In this document: positions 16,471-24,831 of the stretch, piece by piece
How the letters are laid out: every line of letters begins with the position of its first letter
How positions within the stretch are numbered: the first letter of the stretch is position 1
Origin: Erysipelotrichaceae bacterium
GTDB taxonomy: Bacteria; Bacillota_I; Bacilli_A; Erysipelotrichales; Erysipelotrichaceae
Direction: 5' to 3'
Length of the DNA stretch: 32,000 nucleotides
Assembly: GCA_963663995.1 (NCBI GenBank)
Contig: OY760660.1
Span: forward strand, 1,320,001-1,352,000
Notes under the pieces: generated by a model
Seen by the model: only the letters and a program-made list of their open reading frames with translations
Told to the model about the DNA's origin: nothing
The model's database searches: none
Translations under genes and position numbers: made by a program

Positions 16471-16944
16471 TTAGATATCATATCGATACCAGTCGATTTC
16501 TTTAAAGCCAAATTTCTTATAAACAGCTTGCCCTGAGAGCGATGCACCCAAGAACAAAGTTTTTATACCTTTGTTTTTTGCTTCAGTTTTTAGGATTTCC
16601 AAGACTTGTGTCGCATAACCTTTTCTTCGATGAGAAGGCAGAACATACATGTTGGTTATATAAGCTAAAAAGCCAGATGGATTGGTAAATGAAGGTGGAA
16701 AGTCTGTCCACATCATTGCGCCAGTCGCACAGATCTCTTTTCCTTCTATCAAAAAGACTTGAGTAAAGCGTTCTTTATCAAATTCATTATTTAGATAGCG
16801 TTTTAAATTTTCAATGTAGTCATCATTTACTGTTTCTGATGAGTGATATTGTTGAGCTTCATCTTCAAGTTGAAGTGTTCTAAGTTTTATAATCTCTTCA
16901 ATGTCATCCTTTGTCGCATAACGTATTTCCATATATAAACTCAT
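16471..16944 (-). CDS. GNAT-family N-acetyltransferase (paralog 2)
   Basis: NMYVLPSHRRKGYATQVL acetyl-CoA motif. ATGA overlap with the upstream paralog, with an alternative start at 16932. Confidence 0.85.
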   Translation of the reverse strand: MSLYMEIRYATKDDIEEIIKLRTLQLEDEAQQYHSSETVNDDYIENLKRYLNNEFDKERFTQVFLIEGKEICATGAMMWTDFPPSFTNPSGFLAYITNMYVLPSHRRKGYATQVLEILKTEAKNKGIKTLFLGASLSGQAVYKKFGFKEIDWYRYDI

Positions 16945-17408
16945 TTCTTTAAATCAAATTTGAACCAATCAATTTCTTCAAATCCAAAGCGTTTATAAAC
17001 AGATCTTCCCGAAATTGTTGAACCTAAAATCATGCGATGTATATCCAATTCTTCTGCTGCTTCTTTTAAGTGATTTAAAACTTTAGAGGCATAACCATTC
17101 TTACGATGGTGAGGCTCAGTATACATATTCGTAATATACCCAACACGTCCTGATGGATTAGAAAAGGAAGGCGGTAACTTCATAAGAATAAGGGCACCTG
17201 TCGCAACAATTTCATGTTTTACTGACAAAAAGACTTGAATGATTCGTTCTTCTTCAAATACTTCATTTAAAAATGTTCGTAAATGAGCACGATAAACAAT
17301 CATATCTACTTCTGAGATGTGATCTTGATTTTCTTGATCATGTAGTTGTTTTGTTCGGATATCGATAATAGTTTCAATATCATCTTTAGTCGCAAAACGA
17401 ATCTCCAT
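16941..17408 (-). CDS. GNAT-family N-acetyltransferase (paralog 1)
   Basis: NMYTEPHHRKNGYASKVL motif. Colinear with paralog 2 over its full length. Starts 2 nt after the prfB stop. Confidence 0.85.
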   Translation of the reverse strand: MEIRFATKDDIETIIDIRTKQLHDQENQDHISEVDMIVYRAHLRTFLNEVFEEERIIQVFLSVKHEIVATGALILMKLPPSFSNPSGRVGYITNMYTEPHHRKNGYASKVLNHLKEAAEELDIHRMILGSTISGRSVYKRFGFEEIDWFKFDLKK

Positions 17409-17410
17409 TT

Positions 17411-18515
17411 TTACCCCTTTAATTGATTTTTTAAATAACCATAGATAAATGGATCTAAATCCCCATCCATGACCTTCTGTACATTTCCTTCTTCAACACC
17501 CGTTCGATGATCTTTAACTAAAGTATAGGGCATGAATGTATAGGAACGAATCTGTGATCCCCATTCAATGGACTTTTGTTCACCACGAATACCAGCTAAT
17601 TTAGCTTCTTGTTTCTCGATTTCCATTTGATAAAGTTTACTCTTAAGTAAGTTCATCGCATTCTCACGGTTATTCAGTTGAGAGCGTTCAGTCTGACAGT
17701 TAACCACAATGCCGGTTGGTTTATGGGTTAAACGGACAGCAGATGAAACTTTATTAACGTTTTGGCCGCCAGCACCAGATGAGTGACGTACTTCAAGTTC
17801 AATATCATTGGGATCAATGTTAATTTCAATATCGTCACTAAATTCTGGCATAACATCTAAACTGCAGAAAGATGTATGTCTTCTTCCCGATGAATCAAAG
17901 GGTGAAATTCGCACTAAACGATGAACCCCTTTTTCTGCTTTGAGATAACCATATGCTAAATCACCTTCAACTTTAAATGAAACTGATTTAATACCAGCCT
18001 CATCTCCTGGTTGATAATCTAAAACACTGACTTTAAAGTCTTTTTGATCCGCATAACGGCTATACATGCGATATAACATTTCTGCCCAGTCTTGTGATTC
18101 TGTACCACCAGCACCCGGATGAAGTTCCAAGATAGCATTATGACGATCATAATCGTGTGAAAGTAGAACTTTAATTTCAAAGTCATCAAAAGCACTCAAG
18201 GCTTCAGTGAGTTCTTCTTCAATTAAGTCTGACATTTCTTGGTCAAATTCAAGTTTTAATAATTCACAGGCTTCATCCAGCGAATCATATTGTTTAACTA
18301 AAGTAGAATAGTTTTCAGTTAAATCAACCAAACCATTCTTTTCTGTAATCAGTTTTTGAGAATGAGATCGATCATCCCAAAAACCATCTTCCATCATTAA
18401 CTGATCGATTTCTTCAATACGTTTTAATTTAAGAGCGGGGTCAAAGAGAATCTCCAAGCTGTTCTAGCTTTTCTTTCACCTCGGTGACCTTATTTCTCAT
18501 TTCATAGAGTTCCAT
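17411..18515 (-). CDS. prfB: Peptide chain release factor 2, with programmed +1 frameshift (18515..18444 joined to 18442..17411)
   Basis: Short ORF0 [24 protein letters not shown] ends at CTT TGA C. The +1 frame continues [11 protein letters not shown] and carries the SPF and GGQ motifs. Confidence 0.9.
18440..18455 (-). promoter_or_regulatory. RF2 autoregulatory recoding site
   Basis: Minus strand reads GGAGATTCT CTT TGA C: an internal Shine-Dalgarno-like GGAG 6 nt upstream of the CTT-TGA-C shift site. Confidence 0.85.
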
Positions 18516-20863
18516 TAAGCTTTCCTCTTGATTTCAACTTTCATACGTAAACAGAATGCAACTGTTTCTTCAGAGATACGATTTAACATATCTTCAAATA
18601 AACTGTAACCTTCTTCAATATAAGCTTGTAGTGGTTTATTTTGAGCATAAGAACGTAAGTGAATACCTTCTCTAAGTTTTGACATGGTATCAATGTGTTC
18701 TTGCCATGTACGATCAACAATAGATAAGACAATATCTTTCTCAAGTTTATAACTCACTTGTTTAAATGGTTCTATCTTAGTTTCATACGCGACCACTGCT
18801 TTTTCAAATGCAATTTCAATCGCTTCTTCAGTGGACTTCTTCTTTAATTCTTCAGCTTTTAAATCAATATCCGTAAAATGCATGGTTTCTAATGATTCAA
18901 GTAGTGCTTCAATGTTTAAAACATCATTTTTACCATTGTATTCAACATGCGAATTAACTAATTTCGTGATAACACGCTTAAACATCTCAACAATAACTGA
19001 ATGTACATCATCATGTTCTAAGATAAATGAGCGCTGTTCATAAATGGTTTCACGTTGTTGACGAAGGACGTCATCGTACTCAAGCAATGTCTTACGAACA
19101 TCAAAGTTAACACCTTCAACACGTTTTTGGGCAGATGAAATAGAACGAGTAACCAGTTTAGATTCTACTGCTTGATCACCTAATTGTTTAAAGACTGACT
19201 CGTAACGTTCACTACCAAAACGAACCATCAGTTCATCTTGAACAGAAACGAAGAAACGAGAATAACCTGGATCCCCTTGACGACCTGAACGACCACGTAA
19301 TTGGTCATCAATACGACGTGATTCATGTCTTTCAGAACCAAGTACTGCTAAGCCACCTAACTCTTTAACACCTTCACCAAGTTTAATATCGGTTCCACGA
19401 CCTGCCATATTCGTGGCGATTGTAATTGAACCTTTTTGACCCGCTTTAGCAATAATTTCAGCTTCCCGTGCATGATTCTTCGCATTTAAAACTTCATGTT
19501 TTAGTTTGTTTTGCGTTAATACTTTAGAAATAAATTCAGACGTTTCAACGGCAATTGTCCCAACAAGAATTGGTTGTCCTGCTTCATGTCTTTCTTTGAT
19601 TTCAGCTAAAAGAGCTTGGAATTTTGATTTCTTTGTGCCATATACAGCATCTGGATGATCAATACGAGCAATTGGACGATTGGTTGGGATTTCAACCACT
19701 CGCATATTGTAGATTGTCATAAATTCTTCTTCTTCAGATTTAGCTGTTCCAGTCATCCCTGAGAGTTTTTCATAAAGTCTGAAGTAATTTTGATAAGTGA
19801 TGGTTGCCATTGTGCTGGTTTCCTGTTTAATAGGAACACCCTCTTTAGCTTCAATCGCTTGATGTAACCCATCAGAATAAGAACGACCTTTTAATAGACG
19901 TCCTGTAAAAGCATCAACAATACAGATTGTTTTATCTTCATCCACAATATATTCGACATCTTTCTGCATAATATAATTCGCTTTTAAAGCTTGATAAATA
20001 TGATGAACTAAATGAGTATGCGTAATATCATAGAGGTTATTTACTTTAAAAGCTCTTTCAGCTTTTTTAACCCCTTCTTCAGTCAACTGTGCAATCTTTG
20101 ATTTAATATCAACCGTATAGCCTTCTTCTTCAACTAATGACTTAACAAATTGATCAGCTAATTTATAGAGCTGTGCTGTTTGTTTTTGCCCTCCTGAAAT
20201 AATTAGTGGTGTTCTAGATTCATCAATTAAAATGGAGTCAACTTCGTCAATTAAAGACATGTATAACTTACGTTGTACACGATCTTCAACTCGTTTAACC
20301 ATATTATCTCTAAGATAATCAAATCCCACTTCAGAATTGGTTGAATACATAATATCTGATTCATAAGCTTTACGTTTTTCTTGTGGATTAAGTCTACGTA
20401 AGTTAATGCCAACACTTAAACCTAAAAATTCATGGATCGCACCCATCCACTTGGCATCACGTTCAGCTAAGTATTCATTTACGGTAATGATATGAACACC
20501 TTTAGAAGAAAGTGCATTTAAATAAACCGGCATAACCGAAGTTAAAGTTTTACCTTCACCTGTTTTCATCTCAGCAATATCGCCTTGATGAAGAACGATA
20601 CCACCCATGATTTGTACTTCATAGGCTTTTTCACCAATCACCCTAAATGCTGCTTCACGGGCAACTGCAAAGGCTTCGGCAAGGAGATCATCTAAGCTTT
20701 CACCATTTTCTAATCTGTTTCTAAATTCGTTTGTTTTTTCTTTGAGTTCTGTATCACTTAAAGCCGCAATTTTATCTTCAAAAGATTCAACTTCAAGTGC
20801 TTGTTTTCTAATTTTTTCGAGTCGAGCTTTATCTCCGCTCAATAGTTTTTCAATGAAATTCAT
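18515..20863 (-). CDS. secA: Preprotein translocase ATPase SecA
   Basis: Full-length SecA (MKTGEGKT Walker A, DEVDSILIDE, TNMAGRGTDI). AAGGAG ribosome-binding site. Its TAA stop shares one base with the prfB ATG. Confidence 0.95.
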   Translation of the reverse strand: MNFIEKLLSGDKARLEKIRKQALEVESFEDKIAALSDTELKEKTNEFRNRLENGESLDDLLAEAFAVAREAAFRVIGEKAYEVQIMGGIVLHQGDIAEMKTGEGKTLTSVMPVYLNALSSKGVHIITVNEYLAERDAKWMGAIHEFLGLSVGINLRRLNPQEKRKAYESDIMYSTNSEVGFDYLRDNMVKRVEDRVQRKLYMSLIDEVDSILIDESRTPLIISGGQKQTAQLYKLADQFVKSLVEEEGYTVDIKSKIAQLTEEGVKKAERAFKVNNLYDITHTHLVHHIYQALKANYIMQKDVEYIVDEDKTICIVDAFTGRLLKGRSYSDGLHQAIEAKEGVPIKQETSTMATITYQNYFRLYEKLSGMTGTAKSEEEEFMTIYNMRVVEIPTNRPIARIDHPDAVYGTKKSKFQALLAEIKERHEAGQPILVGTIAVETSEFISKVLTQNKLKHEVLNAKNHAREAEIIAKAGQKGSITIATNMAGRGTDIKLGEGVKELGGLAVLGSERHESRRIDDQLRGRSGRQGDPGYSRFFVSVQDELMVRFGSERYESVFKQLGDQAVESKLVTRSISSAQKRVEGVNFDVRKTLLEYDDVLRQQRETIYEQRSFILEHDDVHSVIVEMFKRVITKLVNSHVEYNGKNDVLNIEALLESLETMHFTDIDLKAEELKKKSTEEAIEIAFEKAVVAYETKIEPFKQVSYKLEKDIVLSIVDRTWQEHIDTMSKLREGIHLRSYAQNKPLQAYIEEGYSLFEDMLNRISEETVAFCLRMKVEIKRKA

Positions 20864-20913
20864 TGGTATACTCCTTAATTAATCCACTATATTGTAGCAT
20901 TATATTCATACAA

Positions 20914-20941
20914 ACAAAAAGGTTGACCGAATTGGCCAACC
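20914..20941 (-). terminator. Rho-independent terminator of the csp gene
   Basis: Minus strand reads GGTTGGCC-aattc-GGTCAACC (one mismatch) followed by TTTTT. Confidence 0.65.
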
Positions 20942-20954
20942 TTACTTCTGTATG

Positions 20955-21152
20955 TTACAGTTTAACGATGTTACGTGCTTGAAGTCCACGATCGGATTCA
21001 ACCATATCAAATTCGACTTCTTCGCCTTCTTCGATAGTTTTGAAACCTTCCATCTTTAACTCAGAGTAGTGGAAGAATACGTCTTTGTCATCAGCTAATT
21101 TGATGAATCCGTAACCCTTCTCTTTGTTAAATTTTTTAATCTTACCTTGCAT
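20955..21152 (-). CDS. Cold-shock protein (CspA family)
   Basis: KGYGFI (RNP1) and VFFHYS (RNP2) motifs. 65 aa. Confidence 0.9.
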   Translation of the reverse strand: MQGKIKKFNKEKGYGFIKLADDKDVFFHYSELKMEGFKTIEEGEEVEFDMVESDRGLQARNIVKL

Positions 21153-21203
21153 TAAAATATATCCTATGCCTTTCCCGTAATGAAATACACATCACACGCA
21201 TTA

Positions 21204-21231
21204 ATAATAGCACAAGTTTTGAAATTTGCAA
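21204..21231 (-). promoter_or_regulatory. Putative csp promoter
   Basis: Minus strand has TTGCAA, 16 nt, then TGcTATTAT (extended -10), about 50 nt upstream of the csp ATG. Confidence 0.45.
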
Positions 21232-21906
21232 TCATATCAAAGTATCCTTATTTAGCCATAGCGGGTGTAAACAACAGACAAAACACTCAATTGATTCACA
21301 GTGATCTCTTAACAAGTGTATGCACGCCTTTAAACTTTCTCCTGTTGTACAGATATCATCAATTAATACGATTGGCCCATATTTTATTGAATCATCTTTC
21401 AAAGAAATATACTTTGCGATGTTTTTTCTTTCGATTTTTCCTCCCTTTGATTGTTTAACATCCTCTTTATTAAAAGCGTCTATTAATTCAATATGCAAGC
21501 AATCAAACATTTCCTTAAGCGCATGATAAGTTCTTTCTTGTGTTTTATGGTTTGAACTAGGCACAATAATGATTGTTTTGTGTTTAAACTGTCGTCGTAG
21601 TTTATGTACAAAAGGATAAACAAAAACGTTTGCGAGCGTCTTATCATGTGCTTCTTTTATTTGCATCATCCATTGACTCGCTTGATCATTGTAAATATAG
21701 AGTGCTTTGACTTGAATACCCTCAATCTCAATAACTTTTTTATTTCTTACTAATCTATTTCGACAATCTTTACATAAACAATCATCTAAGAATAAACTTT
21801 CATAGATATCTCTATTTTCATCCACATCTTTGAAACAGTTTAAGCAGCGTTGGCTCGCGTGATTTCTTTGACTGAATGTTTTATCACTGTAGTGAATGTT
21901 GAACAT
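21232..21906 (-). CDS. comFC: ComFC-family protein (phosphoribosyltransferase fold, competence)
   Basis: N-terminal CLNC...CKDC zinc-finger pairs and C-terminal PRTase motif VLIDDICTTGES. Confidence 0.8.
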   Translation of the reverse strand: MFNIHYSDKTFSQRNHASQRCLNCFKDVDENRDIYESLFLDDCLCKDCRNRLVRNKKVIEIEGIQVKALYIYNDQASQWMMQIKEAHDKTLANVFVYPFVHKLRRQFKHKTIIIVPSSNHKTQERTYHALKEMFDCLHIELIDAFNKEDVKQSKGGKIERKNIAKYISLKDDSIKYGPIVLIDDICTTGESLKACIHLLRDHCESIECFVCCLHPLWLNKDTLI

Positions 21907-22934
21907 AAGAATATAACTTCTCCTTGTGGGTAATTAAAATTTCTACCGACTCTTCCTGCAATTTGAATGAGTGAAGCTAAGTTGAATACAGAATGGTTTG
22001 CTTCAATAATAATGACTTGGACATTAATGAAAGTCACACCTCTTTCTAATATCGTTGTGCACAGTAATGCATTTATTCTATTTTCTTTAAAGTCTTTTAT
22101 CGTTTGATCAAGATTAGGGTCTTGCGCATAAACAAAGGGGATATTTAAAATAAAGCTAAGTTGTTTCCCCAGTTTTTTTGAAGGCACAAAAACTAAACAA
22201 GGTTTTGTGTTTTTTTGTAGATATGATCTAATCCATAAGACTTGTATTATATAAGGATAGTGTTTTATCTGTGGAACCGGTAAAGGATAGCCATGTGGTC
22301 TCTTATTTAATTCAATATGCGATTGGCTTATGGTTTGTATATTTTGATCAGGTGTTGCGCTCAAATAGATAAGTATTCCAACAGTTGCTTGTTGAGCAAA
22401 ACCTTGAAGTACATGATCCGTACTAAACGGAAAAGCATCTGGTTCATCAATAATAAGACAATCAAATTGTTTATGAAATCGATAGAGTTGATGAGCGGTT
22501 GTGATAATTAGATGTCCTGATAAATCTTTGGTGTATCCTTCGCAGACCGGAATCACTTTTAATTGTGGATATATACTTTGGTAGCGTTTTGATAATTCTA
22601 ATACCACTTGACGTCTAGCAATCGCAATACCAACCTTTTTATGTTGGCTTAGATAGTGACTCATCGTTTCAACAATAAGCTCTGATTTCCCCGCTCCACA
22701 AACAGCCTTCACTAAGACATTTCCCTTAAGTGAATCGAGATAGATTTGATGACTGATTTTTTCTTGGAGGGCTGTTAATTTAAAATCAAATTGATCACAA
22801 ACATCGACTTCGACACTTACACTTTCCCCATCTTGTCCTTGATAGGAGATACATCGTCGACATTGATAGTTTCCATTAAGTAAAACAAAGTACTGTGGGT
22901 CATCACAACCACATCTTTCACAAAAGACTTCCAT
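21840..22934 (-). CDS. comFA: ComFA-like DEAD/DEAH-box helicase (competence)
   Basis: N-terminal Cys-rich segment (CERCGC...CRRC), Walker A AVCGAGKSE, DEPD box, and helicase C motif QIAGRVGR. Confidence 0.8.
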   Translation of the reverse strand: MEVFCERCGCDDPQYFVLLNGNYQCRRCISYQGQDGESVSVEVDVCDQFDFKLTALQEKISHQIYLDSLKGNVLVKAVCGAGKSELIVETMSHYLSQHKKVGIAIARRQVVLELSKRYQSIYPQLKVIPVCEGYTKDLSGHLIITTAHQLYRFHKQFDCLIIDEPDAFPFSTDHVLQGFAQQATVGILIYLSATPDQNIQTISQSHIELNKRPHGYPLPVPQIKHYPYIIQVLWIRSYLQKNTKPCLVFVPSKKLGKQLSFILNIPFVYAQDPNLDQTIKDFKENRINALLCTTILERGVTFINVQVIIIEANHSVFNLASLIQIAGRVGRNFNYPQGEVIFLCSTFTTVIKHSVKEITRANAA

Positions 22935-22970
22935 ACCTTTATATATGTAATTATTGTCTCTTTTCCTAAG

Positions 22971-22999
22971 TTGACATTTGATAGTGACTTTTATACACT
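22971..22999 (+). promoter_or_regulatory. Putative promoter of the T-box operon
   Basis: TTGACA (22971-22976), 17 nt, then TACACT (22994-22999). Confidence 0.4.
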
Positions 23000-23016
23000 A
23001 GCCTTAAGTTAAACAC

Positions 23017-23241
23017 TAAGAAAAGAATAGTAAATGTTGATGGACATTATAGAGACTCATTGGAAGCTGAAAAATGAGATGACATCATCATTGAAGATGG
23101 CCTTGGAGTGGTTTAGTCGAATATTTTAGACTAAAACGATTGTTACGTTATAACAGAAGAGTCTTATTTATATAATAGATAAGAGAAAAAAGGTGGTAAC
23201 ACGATTTAGCCCTCGTCCTTAGTGATGGGGGCTTTTATTTT
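23017..23241 (+). promoter_or_regulatory. T-box riboswitch leader (tRNA-sensing transcription attenuator)
   Basis: Stem I elements:
- AGTA at 23029-23032.
- Helices AATG/CATT, GATG/CATC and CAT/ATG.
- AGAGA bulge at 23051-23055.
- Distal stem CTCAT/ATGAG with loop TGGAAGCTGAAAA.
- GAA at 23093-23095.

The antiterminator is AAGG[TGGTAAC]ACG...CGTCCTT (23190-23220). The terminator is AGCCCTC...GGGGGCT followed by TTTTATTTT (23208-23241). Confidence 0.8.
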
Positions 23242-23254
23242 GAAAGGGAAGATT

Positions 23255-24427
23255 ATGGGAATCACAAAAACTTACGCAGAAATTAATGAAAAAATTAAAG
23301 CAGGAAAAGCAGTCGTTGTTACAGCAGAAGAGATTATAAAAATCGTTGAAGAAAAAGGGATTGAAGCAGCCACTCAAGAAGTTGATGTGGTAACAACCGC
23401 AACGTTTGGACCGATGTGCTCCTCAGGTGCTTTCTTAAACTTTGGACATGCTAATCCTGCTATTCGAATGGAGAAAATTCTACTTAATGATGTTGATGCT
23501 TATGGAGGACTTGCAGCTGTTGATACTTATATTGGCGCAACTGCTGAATCTAATACCCAAGGTTATCAATATGGAGGCGCACATGTTATTTGTGATCTGA
23601 TTGATGGTAAAGATGTACATTTAAAAGCGACCGCAAAAGGAACTGACTGTTATCCACGTAAAGAAATTGATACATACGTTAACTTAAGTGAAATGAATGA
23701 AGCTTATCTATATAATCCACGCAACTGTTACCAAAACTACGCGGCAGCTATTAATACATCTAATCGCCGTTTATTTACTTATATGGGTATCTTAGCTCCT
23801 AATAGTAAAGTTATTAATTATTCAACCTCTGGCCAACTGTCTCCTTTATTAAATGATCCTTTATATAAAACCATTGGTATGGGAACGCGTATCTTCATTG
23901 GTGGAACTCAAGGTTATGTTTCTTGGCGAGGAACTCAATTTAAGTCTGGTGTCACGCGTGATGAAAACGATCTCCCTAGAGGGGCTTCAGGCACTTTAGC
24001 TTTAATTGGAGATATGAAAAAGATGAGTACGAAATATATTCGTCCAGCCGTTTTTGAAAAATATGGAACATCGATGTTTGTTGGGGTTGGCATTCCTATT
24101 CCTTTACTAAATGAAAATATTACAAAACATGTGTCTATTAAAGATGATGATATCTATACAGCTGTCTTAGATTATTCTGTCTTTGATGGACCAAAACCTG
24201 TCTTAAAAGAAGTTTCCTATAAAGAGCTTCGTTCAGGAAAAATTAATATTGATGGACAAGAGATTAAAACAGCTCCTCTGTCATCTTTGAAGAAGGCAAG
24301 AGATATTGCTGATGAATTAAAATCATGGATTCAAAAAGGTGAATTTTTACTTCAAGAACCGATTGAAACTTTCCCAACTGATAATACATTAAATGGTTTG
24401 AAGATTAGACAAAAGGGGGCAAAATAA
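23255..24427 (+). CDS. COG1900/DUF39 homocysteine biosynthesis protein (sulfide-dependent, archaeal type)
   Basis: MGITKTYAEINEKIKAGKAVVVTAEE ... VDVVTTATFGPMCSSGAFLNFGH is typical of the family. The start is moved from the GTG at 23222, which lies inside the T-box terminator, to the ATG at 23255, which has a GGGAAG ribosome-binding site. Confidence 0.85.
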   Translation: MGITKTYAEINEKIKAGKAVVVTAEEIIKIVEEKGIEAATQEVDVVTTATFGPMCSSGAFLNFGHANPAIRMEKILLNDVDAYGGLAAVDTYIGATAESNTQGYQYGGAHVICDLIDGKDVHLKATAKGTDCYPRKEIDTYVNLSEMNEAYLYNPRNCYQNYAAAINTSNRRLFTYMGILAPNSKVINYSTSGQLSPLLNDPLYKTIGMGTRIFIGGTQGYVSWRGTQFKSGVTRDENDLPRGASGTLALIGDMKKMSTKYIRPAVFEKYGTSMFVGVGIPIPLLNENITKHVSIKDDDIYTAVLDYSVFDGPKPVLKEVSYKELRSGKINIDGQEIKTAPLSSLKKARDIADELKSWIQKGEFLLQEPIETFPTDNTLNGLKIRQKGAK

Positions 24428-24828
24428 TGAAACAAACTGTACTCTTTGACTTCCCTAATGAAGAAGTAAAACAACCGATTGTTAATGACTTGATTAAAGA
24501 TTTTGATTTATCCGTAAATATTCTAAGAGCATCAATTGATTATAATGGTCGTGGTTTCTTATTATCAGAAATTGAAGGCGACGAAAAAGTTTTTGATGAA
24601 GCTTTAGAAAAAGTTAAAAAGAATCATGTCATCGTTAATATTATTGAATCAGCGATTTTAATTGATCGTGATATCTGTGTTAACTGTGGGGCATGTACAT
24701 CTGTTTGCCCTGTTGATGCCTTAAGCATGGATGACCAAGCAAACTTAGTGTTCGATAGTCAAAAATGCATTGATTGTAAATTATGTGTGGTTGCATGTCC
24801 TACAAAAGCAATCAGAGATATCTTATAA
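24427..24828 (+). CDS. NIL-domain / 2x[4Fe-4S] ferredoxin protein
   Basis: N-terminal NIL-like domain, then CVNCGACTSVCP and CIDCKLCVVACP. TAATG overlap with the upstream gene. Confidence 0.85.
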   Translation: MKQTVLFDFPNEEVKQPIVNDLIKDFDLSVNILRASIDYNGRGFLLSEIEGDEKVFDEALEKVKKNHVIVNIIESAILIDRDICVNCGACTSVCPVDALSMDDQANLVFDSQKCIDCKLCVVACPTKAIRDIL

Positions 24829-24831
24829 ATT

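Noticed and set aside
18441-18443. In-frame TGA in prfB read as a pseudogene or a selenocysteine codon
   Set aside because: The CTT TGA C context with an upstream GGAG, and a perfect continuation in the +1 frame, identify the programmed RF2 frameshift. No SECIS-like need arises.
18831-22511. Plus-strand ORFs 18831-19043, 21180-21458, 21320-21526 and 22317-22511
   Set aside because: They are antisense to secA, comFC and comFA. They are hydrophobic or low-complexity translations typical of AT-rich antisense frames.
23222-23254. GTG start at 23222 proposed by the ORF track for the COG1900 gene
   Set aside because: The GTG lies inside the T-box terminator hairpin. The in-frame ATG at 23255 has a ribosome-binding site and gives the family-typical N-terminus.
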